Shown here one piece after another: positions 24,447 to 36,775 of a DNA stretch of 64,000 nucleotides (its first letter is position 1; each line of letters starts with the position of its first letter). The stretch spans positions 339,729-403,728 of the forward strand of contig NW_003314272.1 in assembly GCF_000143415.4 (NCBI RefSeq). The letters are read 5' to 3'. This DNA is from Selaginella moellendorffii (lineage: Eukaryota > Plantae > Lycopodiophyta). Both the position numbers and the translations under genes were made by a program. The notes under the pieces were generated by a model. The model did no database searches, was not told the origin of the DNA, and was given only the letters and a program-made list of their open reading frames with translations.

Positions 24447-26602
24447 TCAGACTGTTATTTTTTGCCTCCAACGCCTATACAATAATCTTGGAATTTCATC
24501 ACTCTCCACACTATCAGGATTTAAACCGAATAGTAATGCCATCTCTTCTCTAATACGTCCACGCTCATGTTCAGTGGTCGAAGAACCCATCCGGTTGAGC
24601 AGATTATGGAGATGCGGATAGTGCTTGGCTAGACAATATACATGCCATAAATGATGACTGGTGTCTGTCCGATCAAATGGCTTCTGATATACCGTTCCAT
24701 CTGCCATTTGGTTGATTTCTGCAGCCACCTCCTGGACTGGCCGGTTCTCTATCACCATTGCTCCAAGCCGTTTTGCAAGGTCCCCCAGAACATACGGTTT
24801 CTTCTCCCTAGTTTCCATACTGCAAGAGATGGGGTGCACTGCATATGTGTGCGTGTTCGCTGCAGTTTTAATCGGCGAGTCATCGATGATGAGGATTTCA
24901 CTTGAGCTAGCAGTCTGGTTCATCACTACAGCCTCTGGCTTGACGAAGATGGGCTTGCTACCCCTCACATGGACCATAGTCAAGCAATCCTCCTGCGTTA
25001 GGAGAAAGTCAAATGGTAATATTACTCGCGTCTGATCGTGCATCATCTGTAGCAACGTTAATGCATTGTGGCGCATCATGGATGTCCAAACTCCCAATTG
25101 CAAATTGAACCCGGCCCTCTGTTTTAAGTGTCGCATGGTCATTATTAGATCCCGCAGTTTCTCCCGTGTGATTAATGTGAATCTGTCTCTTTTGACCAAC
25201 TTGCGACCGCAGGCTTTGGAGCGTGCAGTGACATTCGAGGACGAGCCACGCTCATGGGAGAAAAGGACACCGTTCAGATCAAAAACGATACAGTACCTTC
25301 GCCGTGACTCTGAAATGAAATGCGTCAGCATAAAAAATGGTACAAGTCAATTTTACTATCTACAATATTAGCGAATGGTGCTCCCGATGGTCGTTGAGAG
25401 GGTTTTGGTCGAGGAAACGTGAAGGGCGGAAATACTCTCCTCTGCAATGTGGGGTCAATCGCATCCGATGGCGTGTGGGCACATGCCATTTCAGCTGTAG
25501 ACTCTGGTACAACTGGCTCAACAGTGGCATGGGGTGGTTCTGATGGCGTGTGATCACATGCCATTTCAGCTGGTTCCTCCATTGGCAAAGTGGACATGAC
25601 CGAACAGGTAGCAGGGGCGGTGTAGGGAGGTTCCAACGGCGCGTAGTCAGACGATTGGGCACATGTTGAGTCCGTTGGAAATGAGGATACGACCGGCTCG
25701 GCGGCTGGGGCGGCCTCATGCGGGTCCAATGGCGCCTGGTCACCGTCAGTTGGATACGTGGACAAGATTGACTCAATGGTATGGGCAGCATCAAGTGGAG
25801 CGTGGTCAGCTTGCTTGGCGTTGATATGGATAGTAGCCTCCACCAGCTCTGATGACTCTTGCAGGCAAGTAGAGTCCACAGGCGGATCCATATGCATGTC
25901 CAAATATCTCCCTTCGATTGAGATGGTATCCTCCCGTGCTACTAAAAACAAACTCATTAGCACATTGAATCGACTATACTGTATTTACCATCAACTGCTA
26001 TTGAGGAACTAGGACCGATATCACTTGGGCGCACTACTGATTCTGAAGGATTGGACATACGTTTCGACCCTTGCTTGGCACTATCCTTCCTCGACACTAA
26101 AGGCTAGAGTTTGTATCTTAATTCAACTGAATAATCTCTACTTACCATTTGCTCTGCGACCTACATGGACAATGTTAAAAATGGTAAAAGATTAGGAATG
26201 GATGTATTATTATTTACCTGATGGTTTGTCTTGTATGACCTTCCTCCACTGCTCTTTGGCCACCTCAGGCTGGCCATCGTCGTCATCATCGTCGTCGTTG
26301 TTATTGTGATCGTCACCATTGTGAGGACCATCCAAGTCCTCTTCGTCCTCCTCTTCTTTGTCCTCCTCTTCGTCCTTCTGCTCTTCCTGCTCATTATCTT
26401 TCTCTGGCTCCTCATCCCCCTCCTGCATTTCTTCCATAGGCTGCTCAGGCTGGATGGCTTGTTCTTCCAGGACCATCTTGGGAAAATCATCTGGCCAAGT
26501 CTCCATCTCAAAATACAAGACATCCATAGCCTGTTTTAGTGCGTGACCTAGGACCGTATCCTCACCCGACTGTCTTAACATGGTTTCTGCATGTTCTTGC
26601 AC
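24447..26602 (-). CDS. Acidic/Pro-rich exons + FCP1/NIF-like HAD domain (copy 2; HAD exon 24447-25309 open)
   Basis: Uninterrupted 294-aa ORF with DLNGVL / GVWTS / IIDDSP motifs; same intron positions as copy 1. Confidence 0.7.
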
Positions 26603-26605
26603 CCT

Positions 26606-29600
26606 TCAAAGACGACGAGATGAGAAAAACGTGGCCCTGACTTGAAAAGCATCCCTCATCCATTGTACCTCTCCATTGAGATTGGGGAAGGGGAGTCCGC
26701 CATAGGAATCTGAGTCAGGAGGTGGTGACTGGCTGCTTTCACTCAGCCCTTGATCTGCAATGAATGGCATGAGCACACACACCATAACCGCGAGGCATTA
26801 CCTATCATCTTTTCGTTGCCCTTCTTCCTTTTCGAATCAAACGCCTTTAATTCCGATGACTGTCCAACGTGCTTTCGCTTTTTATGACTACTGTCAGTTT
26901 GAGCTTGATCTGCAAGAAATGGCATGAGGACCCACGCAATAACCATGACGCTTTACTTCCCGTCCTTGGAGGCTCTGTCATGCCTTCCGCATTCTTAGGT
27001 GCCTGCTCCTCAATTCCCTTTCACTTTCGTTTCTTATGCGCCCGTTCTACAGAAATAGCATGAGGACATACGCAATAAGCATACAAATGCTTTTACCCTT
27101 CCTCCTCTGCCCTGGTCAGTTGTCCATCTCTTTGTCTACAGCGTCTGAAAGCTGTTTTGCAGGTAGCCTAATTCGAGGTTCACGACGTCTCCTTGGCACT
27201 TGAACTGTATATTATTGCATCAACACATGCAACATCCCATAATATTTTTAAGTTACCTTTCATAAAGTTTTCCATTGGTTCAACTCGTTCCCCTGAAATA
27301 CAAACTTAGATAAGTGCATGGGGCCATATGTCATGATCATACCTGTTTCGGAACTCTCCTTATCACTCTCCGAGGCCTCCCCCTCCTCCACTAGAGGCAC
27401 GTTGTTCCGTTCAATTTCCTCAACGCAATCTGGAAGAACATTAGTTAATTGCGTGGGGCCACACGCCATCAAACCTTCAGATTCTTGTCATGAGGTCTGC
27501 GCTGCTTGCCCTAGTCTCTTTGGAATTTGAGCTGCAAGAAGCAATGGCATGAGAATTCACGTATAACAAAAATGATTGGTACCTCTCGTCCGTTGTACTT
27601 GGCTGGTGCTTGCCTGTTTTGCCTTTGAAGAAGTGTCTCCTGCAAGGAATGGCATGAGACCACACGCCATTGCAAATATAATTTGTACCTCCTTTTTTCC
27701 TATTGCTTGTCTATTTGTCCTTCTTCGACGTGCCACCAGTGCGCTTTTCAGTCCTCGTGTCTGAATATTCACAACGATCTATAATCAAAATGGCGTGAGG
27801 CCTCACGTGACCTTACCTTGTGTAGGTTCTGAGCTCGGCCCAACATGGGTATCTTCAATAGTAGCTGTTAACGCCGTTTCAGCATCTGGGGGTGGCCACG
27901 CTCCTACATACAGAGCTTGTGTTTAAACTTAAAGTGCGTACTCACCAGGTTCGCAGAGAAGATACTGTTTTTCTTTGGCAACTGTAATTATATGCTCCAT
28001 TGAAGTCACCTCTTCAATGGAGTTTGTCACCACAACACACGGGACACCCTTGAGTAGTGCAGCTTGAAAGAATAGTCCGCCACAGTTGTACTCGACAACG
28101 CATTTACCCTTGGAGTCGGAAGCAGGTGACCCACCCGCTATTGCGTTGAAGACCCAACTGAGCATTTCCCATGCTGCACCTGGAGCTTTCTCTGGATTTG
28201 AAAGCTCCATAGCCGTCTTCAGTTCCTCAGGCACGGGTAAATTGACCTCCCTCAGATCAATTCGATCGGCCTTGTCGAACGAAGCTGGGAAGTCACTCCA
28301 GTCCCACTCTGCTGCAGGACCAATAACAAGGGCGAGTGTGAAGATGCGGACATTCGTCGGTATCTTCTTCTTAGCCATTATCCCATGGATCTCCCGCATC
28401 TCCTTGCCTTTCAACCGAGCCTTCACCTCGTTCAAGGCTTTCCAGAACTTGTGATAGGATTCGGAGTCGTAGATCATATAGTGGACTGAAGATTCCACCT
28501 CCGCAAGTCCCACCATTAAGTCAATGATGGAGCTGACTTCGTCTGCATGAGTGATCTCCTCGTTTGTGAAGTCCATCACACAAAAGATGTTCTTGACCTG
28601 CTCATCTCCGCGGGAAACGATGCTCCTTCACCTTTGATCCTCATCCGAATTCAAGTATACCCGGTAAGGTTCTCGATAGGCCTCTGCTGCGGGGTCGAGC
28701 TGTTTCTGAAGCCGGCGGTCGACATCAATCTTAATGAAATTTGGATACTGATCCAACTTCTCAGCTTTACTTTTCGTGGCATCCCGCAGCAGATCGATGA
28801 ACTTGGGGGCCCCCTTCACGTACTCGTCGATGTCTTCATTTGACAACTCCAGCGCTTCCATCATCTCTTGCGTGGTGTCGATGCTCACCTTCTCCACAGC
28901 CACTTGCTCGAAGATCCAATCCTTCAATAGCGCACGAGCTCTCAGAGTCGTGCACAAGTCTTCGTATGTCACAATATGGCCGGGAGTCATTTTGGTCTTG
29001 TTGAAGACTACCTCACCACGTAGAAGAGCATTAGCCACTGTCAGAAGGTCGTCGTTGTCTAGAGACCGCGAGAAACGCAAGGCGTTGAGCTTCAAATCAT
29101 TGGGCTTCCGGCCGTCCTCCACACCCATTGAGTTTAGCAACTCCCCGTCATGGTACCTCCTCAGCACATCTACCCATTTGTCAAAAACAACTTTTGTCGC
29201 GAGTAGAATGTTATGGATGCTGAGTGTGTCATTGACCCCCAGTGTTTTCGAGAGAAGACTCGAGAATTCCTACAATGGAAATGGCGTGAGGCCACATGCT
29301 ATGCCACATGCAACGAGGTTTACCTGCCAGGTGCTAGTTGCTAGTGCACATCCTTGTCCTGGTTTTTGTGGCTTCTTCAGTTGAACCCAGAGCTTCCGTG
29401 TTCATGCCAATGTCTCGTGCAGACCCGATTTGTAGCACGTTTCTTGCTTGACATTCTGCGCGTGGGAGATGTATATGATAGATCGGAGGGGCGAGTTGCC
29501 TTTTATCAGGCGGACAACTCTTGTCTTGAAGACTTTCTTCACCTCCTCGCCCACCATAATATCCACAACTATCTCTTGCATCGCCAAGCTAGAATGCTGA

Positions 29601-30523
29601 ACGAAGACGGCATAGAACCGGATGTTCTGATCGTCCAACACCTTCCTATTGATCAAGTCTGGAAACCTCGTCTCGCCCTTCATTGTTCGGTAGTAGGGGA
29701 TCACGTCTGCGATGTTGGGTGTTATTGGACTTGCCAGCATCTTCTGCTTCAGTTTCTCCACCCACTCATCAGATACTAGCCTGTGGTTGTAATTGCTTTG
29801 GATGTCGATGTGGCTCACGTCGATTGTATATACTTTGTTGGAATAGTAATAAGTACTATTATCTGCGACGATTTTTGTTGCCTCTTCTTGCTCTTTCTGA
29901 TCTTTGCGGCTCTTCTTTTTGGTGGGTGTAGTGTTCGAACCCGAGGCAATGGCATCACCGAGTAGCTTCTTTTTTGGAGCAGGAGAGTCAGACGTCGGCT
30001 TGAGCTTGACCACCCTTTTCTGCTTCGGGGTAGTTTCCAGATCGACCCCCTTCCCCTTCGCTTTGCAAACTAGAGTCACTCTCAACAGCTCAATGTTGGA
30101 ATATAGTTTTTGAACATCGCCGTAGGTGAGGTCCGTGGATTCCATGTGATCTTCATAGACCCGCAGCGTCTTTGAAATTGTGGGCCTCCTGGACAACCTC
30201 TCCCTAGCTCCCTCTAGGAATTTTTCATAGCCGCTGCCCCCCTCCGGGAAGCCGCTAGGATGTGCAAGGTGGATCTTGAAGGCGGACACTATCTCTACCA
30301 CAAGTGCCAGTCCATATTCTTGCATGGAACTGCATGGAGTGTCTGTCACTTGGATGAGGATCCCCATGCATTCTTTTCTCCCACCATCTGTGTTGTACAG
30401 CCTCAGATCCTCGCCTTCCATCCCGAAAGTCCAACTGGTGAGCTCCTCCCCCTTCTCTGCATCCACACTGACAGTGGCTGGAAGAAGAACGCAATTCCTC
30501 AAATGTTCAGAAATGCACAACAA
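26606..30523 (-). pseudogene. ParB/Srx-like + MTase-like cargo gene (copy 2), with extra micro-exons at 26904-27597
   Basis: Inverted homolog of 14425-17656; nonsense changes CGA>TGA (29402) and TGG>TGA (28628) at positions intact in copy 1. Confidence 0.65.
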
Positions 30524-32994
30524 TTAGAGCTGACAGATGAAAAGCTAGCAGCTGGAAATAACGTGAGGCCACACGCCATTCACCACTGCATCAGATGTCT
30601 TGAGGCTGCATCCTAAGATGGCGTGAGGCTACACGCCATCTGTAACCGGACTGCACTCGAGAGCCCAATCGGTGCATGCCAATGTTGCTACTGAATGGCA
30701 TGTGGCCTCATGCCATTTTCTACTTGGCCTAAAAGACTTACCATTTGAAGCCGAATGGAGGCGTGACAATCGAGGCCGGACTCGCTGGCGAATGTGCACT
30801 GTGTGTGCAGCGGATCATAGCAGCAAGGCTAGTCTGCCACTTACAGTTGGAGAGTGGTGCTGAAATCTCTTGGGATGCCTAGTGGGCTGCGTGTGGGTGG
30901 CGGAGTGGGCGGCGGAGTTGGCGGCGAAGTTACAAATTGGGTGTGTCTTGAAGTGGACGCCGATGCACATGAGCGCGATGCAAGCGCGAGTGTGATGCAA
31001 GCGCGAGTGGACGCCGATGCACACGAGAAACCTGTAGAGAAGGTAGATGAGCGCGAATGTGAGCGTGATCGCGAGTGGGAGCGCGATGCGAGCGCGAGTG
31101 TGCGAGCGCGAGTACGAAGCAAAATGCAAAACCTAACCTCACACGCGCGAAATGTCACGACGGTTGGTAATCCCGCAACGTCATCATTCCTCGGACTTGG
31201 GTGCCACCATTAATTTCTGGATCGCCGCGCGCATGCATGCACGTGAAATCCAAAAGAAATCCGCAACATCATCATTCCTCGGACTGCATGCATGTGAAAT
31301 CCAAAAGATAGATCATGATTGGGATATCATTTAATACCCTCGCTATATTTATACCATGCATGATTGGATATTCCAAAGCATCTTGTATTTCCAAAAATGC
31401 CAGATGTTCAGCTAAATAAAGAATGGTATACAATGTCCTTCTTGATGACCCTGCAAAGAAGCATCTCGATCGGACACCACATGAGACCACACGAGCCTTA
31501 CAATGTTTCAGGGGCATTTGCCATAGATCCGACCGTTATTTTGCTCCAAGATTCTACAGTTTGGTGTGCATTGACCTTTCCATCGACACTGCAAAGGGAC
31601 ATCACAATCAGATGTGGGATCACAAGAAACCAACTTCACTAACTCTGGTTTCACCAAGATCTACGTAAAGAGTTATGAAATGAAAGGACCCTCTCTATTG
31701 AAATGTGTTTATGGTCCTAGGGGCATTGTGACATATCAAAGGATTTTGCATCAAGTTCTGTATTTGCATGTTTATCAAGCTACTGAATTGCTAAACCCTA
31801 AAACCTAAACATGTGGCAAATGCTGCGTGAAGAAAGATGCCCTTTCTGGGCAAATGCTGTAAGAGGCAGATGCCGAGCAGATGTATCTTAGGCTAGCGAA
31901 GGGGACAAACGAAAGCTAGCTATAAACATGACGGGATGCAAATAGATTACTAAGCTGGTCCTGCAAAAATCAAAAACCATAATTGAAAACATTGAAAATG
32001 CAAAAAGAAAGGTTTATAATATTTTTGAATTTTAAGCAACCAAAGGAATGTAAGTAGGGCATGTGTTTGTAAGTTTAAAAATGCCTCAACCACTTAAATT
32101 CCTAAGTAAATAAAGCTGTTTCTATTTTTGGTACAGGTAAACTTTATAGCGTGTGGGCTCATGCAATTTTGAACCCAAAAATGCACCAAAAAATGCTCGA
32201 CTAGCATTATTCTTTGAATGGCGTGTGGCCTTATATTGCCATAAATGGACGTACACACACAGCATAATTATTCCTTTACACGGCGAATAATCTTGGCGTG
32301 GATCGCTGACATAGCATGGCAAAGTTCGAATCACTGACATGGCACAGCTGGATCGAGGCAAGGACATGATGTGACAAAGTTCAACGTCCGACAGCAAAGT
32401 CTAGAAGCTACTCAGTTTGAAATTTGTCAAAGGAATCATAAGATCTGGTTTGTCAGAGGATTTAATGTGACGTTCAAGCGTGTGTTATTTTTGAATTCTC
32501 GAACTCATTCCTAGGTCTATCATTTTTGTGCGCCGTGTTCTTGGTTCCGCTGAGCGTAGTGAGTGCTGCTTGTGTAAGCGGCGTTGTGAGCTTTGGTTTA
32601 TGCGTCTATGAGCGGTTGCGGCATTGCGAGCGTCATTGCGAGCGGCAGTTTATGCGAGTGGCAGTTTGTGCGAGCGGCGCTACGAGCAGTTGCGGTGGGG
32701 TGAGCGGCGCTACAGTACCACTAATGGTATGAGGGCTCATGCAATCTTGGGGCTTGCAAGTTCATCACTAGCATATTGCCAATAGTTTCTTTACCTGCCT
32801 GTAGCTGTGTGTTTATCAAGATGGCATAAGGCCTCATGCCAATTTTGTGAATGCGAAATTTCACGTGGGTGTCAATAGCATGTTTGAATAATGGCATGTG
32901 GCCTCATGCTATTGAGGTTGTTTGGTATGTTATGATTTAGGCCATTCTCCAATCATTTTTTGTATGGTCTTAACTTCTTTTCTGCACTTTCAGA

Positions 32995-35900
32995 ATGGCC
33001 TTCAGGGTTGGGGAAAAGGTTTACATTTTGAATGGTGGGAAGAGAGTTGCAAAAGAGACCCTTGTGTCTATGGATCGGAACTTTGTTATACACTGTCAAA
33101 GGCTTGGGGAAGGCAATGCTGCTGTATCAATAGAGACTTTCTTCAATGGGAATGTGGTCGCTATTGAACGAGGAGAGATGGTCATCGGGGTAAATGTTGT
33201 TGTTGCCTGAAAAATCTTCAGAAGAAAGCAGATGTTGGGGATAGCGCAAGTGTGACGCATGTTCCCTCCGTGGATCTTAAGAACCGTGCTACATGGATTC
33301 AGGCAAAGGTGTTTCTAAACAACCCCGAGGAGGAGGTGGTAGCTGAGGGCTTAGCCACAGTTGTCAATCCAAGAGATGTGGTTGCTAATCAAGAATTGGG
33401 CTGGGATGATATTGGAGTTGCGATTTTAGAGGTTGTTGACACAGAAGAAAATAGTCTGACTATTGGAAGCATTGTGTGGTGGAAATTGAGGCACTTAGTG
33501 TTTAAGAATGTGAAGGATTCACAATCAAACACCCCTACAACTGATGACAGAACATCTCTTCATGGGAAAAGAAAGTACACCTTCCTAAAGCACAGCCAAA
33601 GGGATTTGAGCAACGAACCGAAAAGGCAGAAAATGGTGATGGAGGTTTAAATGGTCTCGACAGTTGCTTGTTGCAAGAGGAGGTGCTGTCAACATGCTGA
33701 TTGGGATGCTATTGAAGAGGAGAGAGCAAGATACAAGACATTGTCCTGGAAGGCAGCTCGCAATTTTGTGTATGATGCATTACGGTCATCTGTTGATGCT
33801 TCAGAACATCAGGTGGGGGTCATGGTCTTCCAGAGGGGTTTGGTCTGCATGAAGGCATGGAGAATCATTTATGGAGTCCCTCGAACCACATTCTACAAAA
33901 TCAAAACTGAGTTCGAGGAACAAAGGGTTCAACAGGCAGTCCATGGGAACGATGGTACGCACAAAACCAGGGGTCATGTTGTATATGGAGAGGCAATCTT
34001 CAAGAGGTTTGTCAAGACATGTAGCGAATAGCAACCACATAAAACCCGCCTCTTGGAAGATGGAGCACGAGACACCCAACGAGTTCTCCCTTCCATGTAT
34101 ACCAAGGGGGCCATATTGGAAGATGTGAATCGGGAACTCCAGAGTAATGGCTACAGGAAGCTGAGCCAATCTAGATTTAGTAGATTGTGGAGCAACAGGT
34201 TCAGGGATATGAGTATAGGAAAGTACTCCAGCTTTTCAAAGTGTGATGAGTGCACTGCTATCAAAATGGCTTTGTCGAAGAATTCTTGCATCGCTCAAGA
34301 GCGAGAGACGTTGGTTAGAAGGCGGCTCAACCACAACATCGAGCAGAGAAGCTGCAGGACTGCATATTATCATAACAGGATTCTCTCCATGGAGAGACCT
34401 GACTCTTACCTCTGCATCATCCACGACAAAATGGACCAGAAAAAGACGTGCTTACCTCGACTCAATACTGCCCCCAAGGCAATCTCTTCATCCATGTAGC
34501 TGCCTGTGTCTCTGTTTGGCATAATCGCTCATGGGCATGGTGCCCAGAACTATGGGAACTTCTTTGTACCTCTATGGGGTGGCGGGGGTGCAAACATGAT
34601 GATTGCGTCCCTAGCAAAACACTTAAGGTCTCTGCAAAGTGCACAGACTAAGCTGAACGGCCAACCCTTGCATAAGGCCCTTGTCGATCGAACCCCATAC
34701 AGGGTTCAGCTGGAGGAGGAGCAAAGGCTTGCAGTATCGCATGGGGCCCCATGCCATCCTAGTGAATATGTTGGCCGTCAGATTGTAGGGTTATCACGTG
34801 AGGCCTCATGCCATTCCGACGAGGCTGGTCACCGGGTGAATGCACAGCCTCATCCAAACGAAACAGAATCTCAAGGAAGTTCTTGCGGCCGATGTGGCCT
34901 TCCACCCCATCTTCTGCTCCAAATAGACAATGCTGGTAGTGAGAACAAAAACATGTACGTCTTCGCGTACTTGGCGATGCTTGTTGCCAAAGGCATATTT
35001 GAAACGGTTACACTTGGCTTTCTCATGGTTGGGCACACTCATGAAGACGTCGATGCCATGTTCAGTCACCTGGCAGAGTCCCTCCAGCGATCCAATGTCC
35101 TCACCCTCCCACAACTCTACGATGAATTCCAAAATTGCATCAAAGGCACTGTTGAAGCTGCACTTGTGACAGAGGTTCCAGACTTTAAAGGGTTTGTAAG
35201 AGGCTACATCAGGGACGGATCTAAAACGCTGATTGGCCACTCCAAGCCTCTTCAGTTTCATTTCAGCATGCGTGACGGTGCTCCAGTGATGAGGTACAAG
35301 ATAAGAGAATGGGACACAGTGTGGCTGCCAGTGGACGGCATTGAACTCTTCAAGAGAGATCCCATAACTGGGGAACCTATGATTCTTCAGGGTTCCCCAC
35401 GGCCGATGCACCCGAATGGACTCAAAGACCAGGAAAGTATAGTGGCCGGGATTAGACAGCATATTGCCTTCTGGAAGAGGGGGTTGGTGTTTGGTGGAGA
35501 ATCCTATTTTCAGAGGTGCAAGCCTTTGCTCGAATACTGGGAGAAGATTATATCTACTATCCAAAATGGGCCGGTTGTATATGAAGAATTGGAAGAGTCC
35601 TTTTGGCTAGAACCCAGAGCACCAGATAGTAGCGGAACAATGTCCTCTGGAAATGCAGTGACAGATAATGATGTTGAGGATCACTATTGTGGGCCGAGGA
35701 ACAAGAAGCTGGATTCAGCATTCAATCCAGTACAGGTCTGCAAAGGAATGGTTGTGCTTGTCAGACCCAGTCATAAAAAACAAATGATATGGGTGGGGCA
35801 CTGCATCACTGATGCAGAGGAGGACGCAGAAACTAAATCCTTCAATGTAACTGTGGAGTGATTCAAGCCAAGTTCCGGATATACGAAGGATTGCCTAGAA

Positions 35901-36135
35901 ACGAGATGGGTGCTGAATCCAAGGGATCCCAGCATGAGCATATCGGTGGATAATGTTGTGCATGGTTGGATGCGGAAGCAAAGTGCCACCATCACCTTGC
36001 CAGACCATGCAAGAGATGCAGCAAGAGCATTCATAACCCGGGTTCAAGGTGAGATTCATTAATATTCCTTTACTAAGTTTCTAAAGTATTTTATTTCAAG
36101 GTGAACAATCCGAATCTGAATCAGAGGAGGCGTGA
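32995..36135 (+). pseudogene. Sola-like DDD transposase (~1000 aa reconstructed), inactivated by in-frame stops
   Basis: ORFs 33252-33650, 33651-34031, 34053-34499, 34506-35861 and the following ~60 codons are one frame broken by TAA/TAG/TAG/TGA; motifs CCKRRCC, VCMKAWRIIYGV, KCDEC, IIHDKMDQKK, LQIDNAGSENKN, FLMVGHTHEDVDAMFS; probable last intron 36049-36100. Confidence 0.8.
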
Positions 36136-36775
36136 TGGCATGTGGCCTTACGCCATTCCTAGGTGAGATGATACAAATAACAAGTATAAATTCTTAGTTG
36201 TTCTAGCAAATCTTACTTAAAGTTCAAGGTGAACAAGCCGAATATGAATTCATCGGATTGTTAAAACAAATTGCAAGGTGATGGCATGAGGCGATACGCC
36301 ATTTGAGAGTGGTAGCCATTCCTATATGAGGTGAGTGAAATATTTATTAGAAATACCTCATTCAATTGTGCACTTCTAAGTCTTGGTCCACTTAGTACTG
36401 TTTGCATGTTTCTATTTTAATTCTTTCTCTAAAATGTTATTTAGCATGTGGCTTCATGCCATTGCTCTCCACAATCATGCATTGAATTTTTTTATCCTTG
36501 CATAATACTTCTCCATATATATAGCATGTGCACACATGTGATATGGTTCATTAGGCCTGATATAGTGTGTGAGGTAAAACAAAGATGATGTGACATATGC
36601 ATTTACCAATCACACGTGCATAAATTTAATAATATGGCTTGTGGCCCATATTAATGGCACATAAACCCATATTGTGGGCTTACATGCTTTATGTACCATC
36701 ATTCCCTTGCAGCGTGTGTGTTGGTTTCCTTTTATAACACAACGAACTCCATATTTTAGGGTGAAGAGTGTTCTC

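Noticed and set aside
34806-35564. 252-aa antisense ORF (and similar antisense ORFs at 15564-16172, 16494-17012, 28776-29384)
   Set aside because: Shadows of the opposite-strand coding regions; no motifs
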